DNA of 28,022 nucleotides from Ilumatobacteraceae bacterium. GTDB taxonomy: Bacteria; Actinomycetota; Acidimicrobiia; Acidimicrobiales; Ilumatobacteraceae. Below are positions 1 through 7,671 of the stretch, in pieces; positions within the stretch are counted from its first letter, which is position 1, and every line of letters begins with the position of its first letter. The notes below the pieces were generated by a model, which was given only the letters and a program-made list of their open reading frames with translations, ran no database searches and was not told the DNA's origin. Location of the stretch: NCBI GenBank assembly GCA_044348855.1, contig JBIKSB010000001.1, forward strand, positions 1 to 28,022. Reading direction: 5' to 3'. The position numbers and the translations under genes are program-made.

Positions 1-1109
1 CCACGCTGTGCTCGTGTTAATGGCACGAACAGCGCATCATCACCGATGATCTTTGAGTTGTCCAAGTAGAACTCCATGAACTTCTTGATTGCAGGAATCG
101 AAGTTGCAGATGAGTTCTTGATGTAGGTGTACAAGGGGCGTGCCATTGCGTAGGTGCCGTTCTGCACGTTTGCGGCAGTTGGCTTCACACAACCTGCACC
201 CTTGTCAATTTCAAGTGCCTTGTTGGTCTTTGCATTTTCTACTGCATACGACAAGCCGTAGTAACCAATTCCAGCATTGCTTCCTGCAACACCCTTCACG
301 GTTACGTTGTCATTCTCGGTTGCTTGGTAGTCGGTGCGTGATGTGGTGGATCGACCGTGTACGAAAGTGTTGAACGAGTCGAACGTACCTGAGTCAGATC
401 CTGCTCCGAAAAGCTTCAATGCACCCAAGGTGTTTCCTGGAATCACGTCGCCCCAGTTGGTTGCTGAACCAACACCGGAAGTCCCTGATGCGGGCTTCCA
501 CATGTTCTTCAACTGATCCATGGTGATGCAAGTGAGTGGGTTCTTTGGGTTCACCACAACGGCCAAGCCGTCATTTGCCACAAGTACCTCTGTGTAGGTG
601 ATTCCCTTGGCTGCACATGCTGCCTTCTCAGTGGAACTCATTGCACGAGATGCATTCGCCATATCGATTTCGTTGTTGCAGAACTTCGTCATGCCGCCAC
701 CAGTACCAGAGATACCAATGGAGATGTCTGTCTGACCAGAGGTGGTTGCTTCAAAGTACTTCGCCGCAACTGCCATCAGCGGATACACGGTGCTAGATCC
801 GTCAATACGGATTGCAGTGTTGGTCTTGGTGCGGCTGTAGTCGAACTGCTTCTTGGTGGTCCTTTGCCATGTGAACTCAGCTCTCTTCGGCTTCTTTGCA
901 TGCAACGATGAGCCTGGCTTCACCATGCAGCGAATGAAGGTGTTACCTACTTTTTCCACTTCAAAGAGGTCTTTGCGCTTACAAGTGTCATTGAGCTTTG
1001 CAGCACTTGCACCCGAGGGGACTGAAGTTGCAATTACAGGAACTGCCAATACAGCAACCAGTAATTGGGAGAGTCGCTTTTTCATACTGCGACGATTGTG
1101 TACCAACAT
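1..1109 (-). CDS. pstS: Phosphate ABC transporter substrate-binding protein PstS (3' end runs off the left edge)
   Basis: Manual translation; not in the ORF track because no stop lies in the window. Reads MLVHNRRSMKKRLSQLLVAVLAVPVIATSVPSGASA...AIRIDGSSTVYPLMAVAAKYF...GISGTGGGMTKFCNNEIDMANASRAM...VANDGLAVVVNPKN...GSDSGTFDSF...RPLYTYI. DGSSTV, SGTGGG, ASR, DGLAVVVN, SGT and RPL are PstS/PBP_like_2 hallmarks. Start is ATG 1109 (AAAGGA upstream) or ATG 1085. Confidence 0.9.
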   Translation of the reverse strand, partial: MLVHNRRSMKKRLSQLLVAVLAVPVIATSVPSGASAAKLNDTCKRKDLFEVEKVGNTFIRCMVKPGSSLHAKKPKRAEFTWQRTTKKQFDYSRTKTNTAIRIDGSSTVYPLMAVAAKYFEATTSGQTDISIGISGTGGGMTKFCNNEIDMANASRAMSSTEKAACAAKGITYTEVLVANDGLAVVVNPKNPLTCITMDQLKNMWKPASGTSGVGSATNWGDVIPGNTLGALKLFGAGSDSGTFDSFNTFVHGRSTTSRTDYQATENDNVTVKGVAGSNAGIGYYGLSYAVENAKTNKALEIDKGAGCVKPTAANVQNGTYAMARPLYTYIKNSSATSIPAIKKFMEFYLDNSKIIGDDALFVPLTRAQR

Positions 1110-1245
1110 GAGGAGATGGTTCCTTTCATTTGTCAATGCGCGGACTGCGCAATGTGCAAGTGCAACGTACGATGGCGAAGAAAACAGCACGTGTCCCGCA
1201 CTTGTCTCTATGAAGAACAAAAGATGAACTCTAAAAGTTGGGGCA

Positions 1246-1301
1246 TTGACAGAGGGGCCTGTCAACCTCTGTACAACTTCTTGTAACCTCACATTCACCT
1301 C
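1246..1301. promoter_or_regulatory. Inverted repeat plus ~11-bp-spaced direct repeats in the pstS divergent region (candidate PHO-box-type site)
   Basis: TTGACAG-N6-CTGTCAA (1246-1265). (A/C)AC(C/T)TC units start at 1264, 1275, 1285 and 1296 (spacing 11, 10, 11). Function is inferred from position only. Confidence 0.3.
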
Positions 1302-1302
1302 T

Positions 1303-2097
1303 ATGACGTCTCACACAGCCCAGGTCCGCAGAGGCCGCTCTCATTACAAATCCGCACTCGCGATGCTGTGTGCGTTCATGGTGTGTGCGACGAGCTGTTC
1401 CACGTCGTCTTCACTTCCCTCCTCTAACGAGAATGCTCCAACAACTTCCTCGATAGCCGCACAGGAGCTTCTGGTACCGGCGTCTGGTGAGAAAGAAATC
1501 CCCTGTGATACCCAAGCAATTTCGCGCAGTTATGGCGAAAAAGTTAAGGCAGAAAAATGCACTGCTACATGGGCTGTCGGTGATACCGATCGAGATTCAT
1601 GGAATTGTGAAGAAGAAGGCTGTCGCCAGACACGTCTCTATCGCTTTGCAAACAACAAATGGGTGGATACTGCAATTTGCTTACGCGAGCTTCCTCTCAC
1701 GCGTTATGCATCGAGCTGTTTTGTCCCCAACGTGGGATTAGCCACCATCGATCTCATTCCTCCCCAAGATGTCGCATGCATTCTCTGGCCTACAAATTCA
1801 CAGCCAAAATACGTCAAAGAGACAAAATGTGTTTTTGATGAAAGTGAAGTATTAAAATCTTTCGACACCAAGTGCGAAGGATTTTTTGAAAAGACCACCC
1901 TTCCTCTTGAGAAATGTCATCAAGGTGCATTAGTGCAACAGGCACTGGTCAAGCTTCAACAACTGAAGTATGTACGTAACGTTGACATCTATTTCGGACC
2001 AGAAATGGCACGCGCGGTGTTTGAATTTCAAACAGACAACAATCTGATGAGGACGGGAATTCTTGACGACGAAACGTGGAACCTCCTCAACCCGTGA
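1303..2097 (+). CDS. Putative lipoprotein with Cys-rich core and C-terminal peptidoglycan-binding (PG_binding_1-type) domain
   Basis: Basic N-terminus, hydrophobic stretch and lipobox-like ATSC, then a Ser/Thr linker. C-terminus VQQALVKLQ...DIYFGPEMARAVFEFQTDNNLMRTGILDDETWNLL fits the PGBD pattern. ATG 1303 preferred over the track's TTG 1246. Confidence 0.7.
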   Translation: MTSHTAQVRRGRSHYKSALAMLCAFMVCATSCSTSSSLPSSNENAPTTSSIAAQELLVPASGEKEIPCDTQAISRSYGEKVKAEKCTATWAVGDTDRDSWNCEEEGCRQTRLYRFANNKWVDTAICLRELPLTRYASSCFVPNVGLATIDLIPPQDVACILWPTNSQPKYVKETKCVFDESEVLKSFDTKCEGFFEKTTLPLEKCHQGALVQQALVKLQQLKYVRNVDIYFGPEMARAVFEFQTDNNLMRTGILDDETWNLLNP

Positions 2098-3373
2098 GGT
2101 TCTTCATGGAGAACACTTCACTCGTGTTCTCGGTCTTCATCACGTCACAGCAAGTGGCATTGGCGTCATTATTGGCGCTGGCATTTACATTCTGATTGGT
2201 CCAGCAACACAACGTGCAGGCGCATTGGTGTGGATGTCCATGATTGTGTCTGCAGTTGTATGCGCTTTCACTGCACTGAGTTATATGGAACTCACCTCTA
2301 TGTTTCCCAGGGCGGGATCAGAACATGAATTTGCCCGTCAAGTGTTTCCTGAATGGGTTGCCTTTACTACTGGGTGGGCAATGGCTGTTGCTTTGGTTGT
2401 GGCAGCCAGTGCTGTCTCTTTGGGGTTTGCGCGTTATCTCTCTGAGTTCGTAAACATTCCAGAGAGACCTGGTGCAGTGCTGTTACTCATTGTTGTCTGG
2501 CTGATTGCGCTCACGGGCATGCAACATGCACGTTGGCTGATCATTGTTCTTAGCGCAATTCAAATTGGTGGACTACTGCTGGTGGTGGCGCTAGGTGTCG
2601 ACACTGTGGGAGATGTCAACCTCTGGCAAGGCAACGGCGCAAGTGGAGTGCTTAGTGGTGCTGCAGTTATTTTCTTTGCCTACATCGGCTTTGACGAAGT
2701 GATTACTTTGTCGGAGGAAACCCACAATCCCTCTTCCACAATTCCACGTGCTTTGTTTCTCGCATTGGGAATCTCCACTCTCATCTACATTGCAGTGGCT
2801 GTTGTTGCAGTGAGCGTGTTAGGTGTTGATGGCTTAGCAAATGCCGACCAACCACTTACCGCTGTGATGGAGATCGCCATCGGTGGAGTTGCGGTGGACG
2901 TAGTGGGAGCCATTGCATTAGCCACTACGGCAAATACCACTTTGCTTGCATCGGTCGCGGCGTCGCGCATGTTGTACAGCATGGCCAACACCGGGCATCT
3001 ACATCCACGCTTTGCCGAAGTGCACAACGGACGCGCACCACGATTTGCTCTTGGAGTTGTCATCATGGGAGCCATTTTCCTCGCCATACTTGGCGGAATT
3101 GAGATGCTCGCAGAAGCCTCAAATGCGCTCATCTATGTGATGTTTATCGTCGTCAACATTGTTCTCATCATGTTGCGCTACCAACGCCCCCATGATCACC
3201 GCCCCTTCCGAGTGAGAGGAGATATCGGCTGGCTTCCGGTTTTGCCTGTTGTGGGAATACTTGCCACAACAGCAATGGCAACCCAATTAGACCTGCAGCC
3301 GTTGCTGATTGCCTTCACTTTGTTGGCTACCGGTGTTGTTGTTCATTACGCCGGCAAAAAAATCGTCTGGTGA
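2063..3373 (+). CDS. APC-family amino acid permease
   Basis: About 12 hydrophobic segments, GIGVIIGAGIY (TM1), ELTSMFPRAG, FFAYIGFDEV (TM6), SEETHNP, ASRMLYSMA, RPFRV. Start is uncertain: TTG 2063 overlaps the upstream gene by 35 nt. Confidence 0.9.
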   Translation: MTTKRGTSSTREVLHGEHFTRVLGLHHVTASGIGVIIGAGIYILIGPATQRAGALVWMSMIVSAVVCAFTALSYMELTSMFPRAGSEHEFARQVFPEWVAFTTGWAMAVALVVAASAVSLGFARYLSEFVNIPERPGAVLLLIVVWLIALTGMQHARWLIIVLSAIQIGGLLLVVALGVDTVGDVNLWQGNGASGVLSGAAVIFFAYIGFDEVITLSEETHNPSSTIPRALFLALGISTLIYIAVAVVAVSVLGVDGLANADQPLTAVMEIAIGGVAVDVVGAIALATTANTTLLASVAASRMLYSMANTGHLHPRFAEVHNGRAPRFALGVVIMGAIFLAILGGIEMLAEASNALIYVMFIVVNIVLIMLRYQRPHDHRPFRVRGDIGWLPVLPVVGILATTAMATQLDLQPLLIAFTLLATGVVVHYAGKKIVW

Positions 3374-3409
3374 TTACCTGTTCCGAATTCCTCACGGCAC
3401 ACTAAAGGA

Positions 3410-3580
3410 ATGAGTCCTGAGGTGCGTGCAAAACATGATGCAGCTGTACGAGCGGGTCAAGATTTTTATACAGACCCAGAAACTGGGCTAGTGGTAATGA
3501 CAGCGTTCTACCTCATGCGTCGCGGATACTGCTGTGGCAACATTTGTCGTCACTGCCCCTACGACCGTGGTGAAGAGTAA
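3410..3580 (+). CDS. 56-aa Cys-cluster protein resembling DUF5522 (C1orf53-like)
   Basis: Manual translation MSPEVRAKHDAAVRAGQDFYTDPETGLVVMTAFYLMRRGYCCGNICRHCPYDRGEE*. The YxDPxTG...RGxCCxxxCRHCPY pattern is what I recognise for this family. It fills the 3374-3584 gap. Confidence 0.8.
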   Translation: MSPEVRAKHDAAVRAGQDFYTDPETGLVVMTAFYLMRRGYCCGNICRHCPYDRGEE

Positions 3581-3584
3581 AGAG

Positions 3585-5141
3585 CTACGTCAACGACAAG
3601 CGCTCAAAGTGTTCGCTCGGGGCGTTCACTTCCAACAACGCAGTACGCAGCAACTCTTCAGCATCACGCGCAATGGAATCTGAAATTCTGTTTGTTGTTT
3701 CGCCGGGATCTTCTTTTCGATCAAACAACAACGTCTCATACTGTTTCGCATACGCCCAGAAAGGCAACATGTCCCCCTCGCGGAAGGGCTGACGAATGAC
3801 AGGAATTGTGCTGCCAGGCATGAAATCAAGAACTGCACGGTTATCTGGCATTGGCATCTTGTATTCCGGCATTGAGGCAATAGGCATGGTGCTCCAACGA
3901 TTCGACCACATGGAATGTGGCATGTTGGCCCCTGATGGTCCACGTGTATAGCGCCAATTGTCGGTCACTAATTGCACTTCGCGGCCCCATACACCTGTCA
4001 ACAACCAATCACGCACGCGTGTGGCATCCCCTGTAATCACGGGCTTGAGTGATGACCCATGTGCAACATGAGAAATAGGTGCATCAAAGACATCGGCGAT
4101 AGTGGCATGAATATCTGTCGATGTGGTCAACACATTCGATGTTGCCGCTTGCTTACCAGGCCATGCAACCATCAAAGGAATATGTCCCAATGGTTTGTAC
4201 ACCGGTACGCCAGGCTTTCCCCATACATCTCTGCCATACACATCCCGGTCACCCAAATAATGACCATGATCTGTGGTGAGAATCACCACGGTGTCTTCCC
4301 AAGCATTCGTGGCATCTAATGCATCTAGAACTTTGCCCAACCAATGATCAATCATCGATAACTTGCCACCGTATTGCGCACGAATCTGTACCGCGTCACG
4401 TTCGGTAATCACACCATTTTTCAGAGCATCAACTGCATACGGCGGCCATGTGAGATGTGCGCCTTCCCAAGAGTCGTCATAACGAGAGGCCCATTGTTCT
4501 GGAGTATCAAATGGTTCGTGAGGGTCAAATTCATCTACAAACAAAAAGAAGGGTTCACCTTTTGCACGATGTACAGGCGCATCCTCTAACAACCAGCGAG
4601 CAGTTGCCTGCATCGTGCGCGGTCCAGGAAAATCTTCTTCGCCACGAAAGTAACCACGTGAGTTGTCGTAATGAGTATGGCCGCGGCCGTATGAGGGTGT
4701 GCCCAACCATGAAGGATCAGGTCGTGTCTTCCAGGGATCACTTTCGTGTCCGCGCTCGTATGCCCATGCCGTGAAATCTGTGTGATAGTTCTCGCCGCCC
4801 ACTTCAAATAAGTGCGGATGATCAGTGATGAGTTGTGTAATCACTCCCCTGCGCCGCAACGATGCAGTGATGGGTTCTTCCCATAACTCAATAGATCCCC
4901 ATGGCCTCCACAGAAAATCCCATGCACCTACCAATAGATCGTGTCGAGCCGGAATACAAGGAAGAGACCCCGTGTGATGATTAGTGAAAGTAATTGCACG
5001 TTCGGACAAACGGTTCAAATTGGGTGTGTCGAACTGGGTGCCTCCATAGGCGCCAATTTCATGACGATTCAGGCTGTCCAACAGCAGAACCACGACATTG
5101 TTCACGTTTGTTGCCGGCTGTGCACTTCCCTCATTGGCCAT
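3585..5141 (-). CDS. Sulfatase-family (alkaline phosphatase superfamily) hydrolase
   Basis: NVVVLLLDSL, formylglycine signature CIPAR (4944-4958), DPHEPF, TTDHG, LFDRKEDPGE. Confidence 0.9.
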   Translation of the reverse strand: MANEGSAQPATNVNNVVVLLLDSLNRHEIGAYGGTQFDTPNLNRLSERAITFTNHHTGSLPCIPARHDLLVGAWDFLWRPWGSIELWEEPITASLRRRGVITQLITDHPHLFEVGGENYHTDFTAWAYERGHESDPWKTRPDPSWLGTPSYGRGHTHYDNSRGYFRGEEDFPGPRTMQATARWLLEDAPVHRAKGEPFFLFVDEFDPHEPFDTPEQWASRYDDSWEGAHLTWPPYAVDALKNGVITERDAVQIRAQYGGKLSMIDHWLGKVLDALDATNAWEDTVVILTTDHGHYLGDRDVYGRDVWGKPGVPVYKPLGHIPLMVAWPGKQAATSNVLTTSTDIHATIADVFDAPISHVAHGSSLKPVITGDATRVRDWLLTGVWGREVQLVTDNWRYTRGPSGANMPHSMWSNRWSTMPIASMPEYKMPMPDNRAVLDFMPGSTIPVIRQPFREGDMLPFWAYAKQYETLLFDRKEDPGETTNRISDSIARDAEELLRTALLEVNAPSEHFERLSLT

Positions 5142-5153
5142 AGGGTTACCCTA
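5141..5153. promoter_or_regulatory. Palindrome TAGGGT-T-ACCCTA; doubles as a -10 element (TAnnnT) on both strands
   Basis: 6-bp arms with 1-nt spacer at the 26-bp sulfatase/marR junction. On the minus strand TAGGGT (5153-5148) is 6 nt from the sulfatase ATG, which is leaderless geometry. Confidence 0.45.
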
Positions 5154-5167
5154 GTAAGAGAGCCATC

Positions 5168-5674
5168 ATGAATCAGTTGCCCGCGAACGAAGAAAATCTT
5201 GAAATGGCTGGTCGTATTGGCCGTGCATGGCGAGAGATACGCCGAGGTGCGGCCGCTAGTGCGCTCAAGGAAACCGTGTATGGGCCCTGTGCAACACATG
5301 ACGTATCCATAGAGCCCGGCCAGATGGACGCGCTCGACTTACTGGTCACGGTGGAGTCATGTCGCATGAGCGACCTTGCAGAGTATTTGCGCATTGATCC
5401 AAGCACAGCCACGCGCGCCGCTCAACGTCTGATTAAAGACAGCTTGGCCACAAAAGTGCACCACGAGGGTGACGGCCGCGTTGTAGAAATTGCAGCAACA
5501 GAGCATGGACGCGAAGTGCACGCAATTGTTGCGGAGCGACGTCGCGCCGTCATCTTGGGAATTATGGAGCGCTTCTCTAAAGACGAGCGCACACAGTTAG
5601 CAGATATTCTCGAGCGCTTTGTTGTCGCTACCGACACTGTCGTGTCCATCGCCAAGCCCACACGAGTGCAGTAG
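5168..5674 (+). CDS. MarR-family transcriptional regulator
   Basis: MSDLAEYLRIDPSTATRAAQRLIKDSL (HTH), HEGDGRVVEIAATEHGREV (wing, DxR-like), FSKDERTQLADILERF. Confidence 0.88.
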   Translation: MNQLPANEENLEMAGRIGRAWREIRRGAAASALKETVYGPCATHDVSIEPGQMDALDLLVTVESCRMSDLAEYLRIDPSTATRAAQRLIKDSLATKVHHEGDGRVVEIAATEHGREVHAIVAERRRAVILGIMERFSKDERTQLADILERFVVATDTVVSIAKPTRVQ

Positions 5675-5677
5675 ACC

Positions 5678-6274
5678 ATGGCGCAGATTATTGGCCGAGA
5701 AACTTTTACCGTTGATGCGATGCAGTATGCACCGCAACTATTCAGCACTGCATTACGCATGACACGCAATCGCGCAGATGCCGAAGATCTCATGCAAGAG
5801 ACCTTCACAAAGGCATGGCGCGCATTTGATTCCTACCAACAGGGAACCAACCTTCGTGCATGGTTGTTTCGTATTCTCACCAACACCTACATCAACAAAT
5901 ACAACTCACAGTTACGTAAGCCCGTTGAAACTGAACTAGATGAAGTCGAAGAGTTGTATCTGTTTAAGCGACTTGGTGCTTTTGATCAATCGCAGTTGAG
6001 TCAATCTGCCGAAGACCAAATGCTGGAGATGTTCACCGATGATGAGGTGAAAAACGCCATCGAAGAACTCCCCGAGACCTTCCGAATTCCACTTCTGATG
6101 TCGGATCTGGAGGGCTTTTCGTACAAGGAAATCGCCGAAATACTTGACGTACCCATCGGTACGGTGATGTCTCGGTTGCATCGGGGAAGAAAAGCGATGC
6201 AAAAGATGTTGTATGAGTACGCAAAGGAACGAGGACTTGTGGATGAGTCCCTCTTAGGAACCCAGGATGAGTAG
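5678..6274 (+). CDS. sigH: ECF sigma factor, SigH/SigR type
   Basis: [67 protein letters not shown]; followed directly by a ZAS anti-sigma gene. Confidence 0.88.
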   Translation: MAQIIGRETFTVDAMQYAPQLFSTALRMTRNRADAEDLMQETFTKAWRAFDSYQQGTNLRAWLFRILTNTYINKYNSQLRKPVETELDEVEELYLFKRLGAFDQSQLSQSAEDQMLEMFTDDEVKNAIEELPETFRIPLLMSDLEGFSYKEIAEILDVPIGTVMSRLHRGRKAMQKMLYEYAKERGLVDESLLGTQDE

Positions 6275-6276
6275 CC

Positions 6277-6528
6277 ATGGCTGACTGCCAAGAAACACTT
6301 CAAGAACTCGAGCGCTTCCTTGATTCCGAGTTGCCCCCTGGGCGCTCCGAGCAAATTCTCTCCCATCTCAAGGTCTGCAGCGACTGCCAAGGCGCATTCG
6401 AGTTCCATGCGGAATTGCGAATCGCTATTCGCACCAAGGCCACCACCGATGAGCTTCCTGAGGGCTTTTTGGACCGCCTAAAAAGCTGTTTTGGGGATGA
6501 AATCCTCGGCCAAGACGCCACGGCATAG
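6277..6528 (+). CDS. rsrA: Zinc-binding anti-sigma factor, RsrA/RshA type
   Basis: N-terminal DCQE plus HLKVCSDC (HxxxCxxC ZAS motif); starts 2 nt after the sigma factor stop. Confidence 0.85.
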   Translation: MADCQETLQELERFLDSELPPGRSEQILSHLKVCSDCQGAFEFHAELRIAIRTKATTDELPEGFLDRLKSCFGDEILGQDATA

Positions 6529-6564
6529 AGCCGCCCACCCCCTCCACTCGCTACGCTTAAGGAC

Positions 6565-6720
6565 ATGATCGCGGCATACGTTTGGCATTACTGGCTTGGA
6601 CTTATTCTTCTCCTTGCAGGTCTTGGTGCAGTGTTGCAAGGCATTGTGGGCTACTACTTCAAAGTCACTGCAACGCGCTACCCCAATCGCCGCCAGCGCC
6701 AAGCGCAAAAGAAGAAATAA
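6565..6720 (+). CDS. 51-aa small membrane protein, unknown function
   Basis: Manual translation MIAAYVWHYWLGLILLLAGLGAVLQGIVGYYFKVTATRYPNRRQRQAQKKK*. One TM segment plus a basic tail. TACGCT lies 7 nt upstream of the ATG and AAGGA is also present. It fills the rsrA-tilS gap. Confidence 0.7.
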   Translation: MIAAYVWHYWLGLILLLAGLGAVLQGIVGYYFKVTATRYPNRRQRQAQKKK

Positions 6721-6732
6721 CTTCTCACTCGG

Positions 6733-7620
6733 GTGAGCCCAGTGTCGGACACCCCGCATCTCACGCCAAGTGACTTGTTGTCGCGTTGTCGTTTTCCTGA
6801 ACCTGGCACGAAAGTCTTCTGTGCAGTGTCAGGTGGTGCCGATTCCATGGCACTAATGCTGTTGGCTCATGCACATGGCCTACATGTCACTGCGGTACAC
6901 GTAGACCACGGCCTACGTGCTGATTCATCACAAGACATCAATCTCATTCGACCCGTTGCAGAATCACTGCATATCAATGTGGAAACACACCATGTAGTCC
7001 TTGAAGATGGCCCCAACTTAGAAGCACGTGCGCGGGCGGCTCGATACGAAGTGTTTCCAGATGGAACCATGACAGGCCACACTGCAGATGACCAAGCAGA
7101 AACTGTCCTTATCAATCTTTTGCGCGGCGCTGCTGCCACGGGTTTATCTGCGATGCGTCCACTCACCACTCATCCCCTTTTGCATGTACGCCGCCATGAA
7201 ACGCACGCGTTGTGTGCATCCATGGGAATTGAAGTCGTGCACGATGCAACAAATACAGACACACGGTTTTTGCGTAATCGTGTGCGCCACGAGTTACTGC
7301 CCGCAATGAACGACATCTCGCAAAGAGATCTTGTGCCTCTTTTAGTACGCACCGCCGATGTACTGCGCGACGATGATGATCTCCTCACCGAGTTAGCCCT
7401 CGCCATTGACCCCACCGACGCCAAGGCCCTCGCCGCGGCACCCCTGCCCTTGGCTCATCGGGCACTGCGTCGTTGGCTCTCTGACCCCTATCCGCCAGAC
7501 CTTGCCACATTGAACCGAGTGCTTTCGGTGGCAAAAGGTGAGGTTTTGGCCTGCGATATTGGGGAAAACCGCCAAATTCGTCGCAGTAAACAGAGGCTCA
7601 CCCTCCACCATCTGGGGTAA
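6733..7620 (+). CDS. tilS: tRNA(Ile)-lysidine synthetase
   Basis: PP-loop AVSGGADSMAL, HVDHGLR, NLEARARAARY, TGHTADDQAETVL, RNRVRHELLP. Confidence 0.93.
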   Translation: MSPVSDTPHLTPSDLLSRCRFPEPGTKVFCAVSGGADSMALMLLAHAHGLHVTAVHVDHGLRADSSQDINLIRPVAESLHINVETHHVVLEDGPNLEARARAARYEVFPDGTMTGHTADDQAETVLINLLRGAAATGLSAMRPLTTHPLLHVRRHETHALCASMGIEVVHDATNTDTRFLRNRVRHELLPAMNDISQRDLVPLLVRTADVLRDDDDLLTELALAIDPTDAKALAAAPLPLAHRALRRWLSDPYPPDLATLNRVLSVAKGEVLACDIGENRQIRRSKQRLTLHHLG

Positions 7621-7671
7621 CTTTGCGGGGGCGCAAAGGCGCCCTACGTACGAGACGAGAAGGAGAACCGA

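Noticed and set aside
140-1286. Plus-strand ORFs 140-373, 334-516, 853-1227 and 1065-1286
   Set aside because: Shadows of the minus-strand pstS, which has the recognisable motifs.
6529-6564. Possible ribosomal protein bL37 gene after the anti-sigma factor, as I recall from mycobacteria
   Set aside because: No short basic MAKRG-type ORF fits in this gap.
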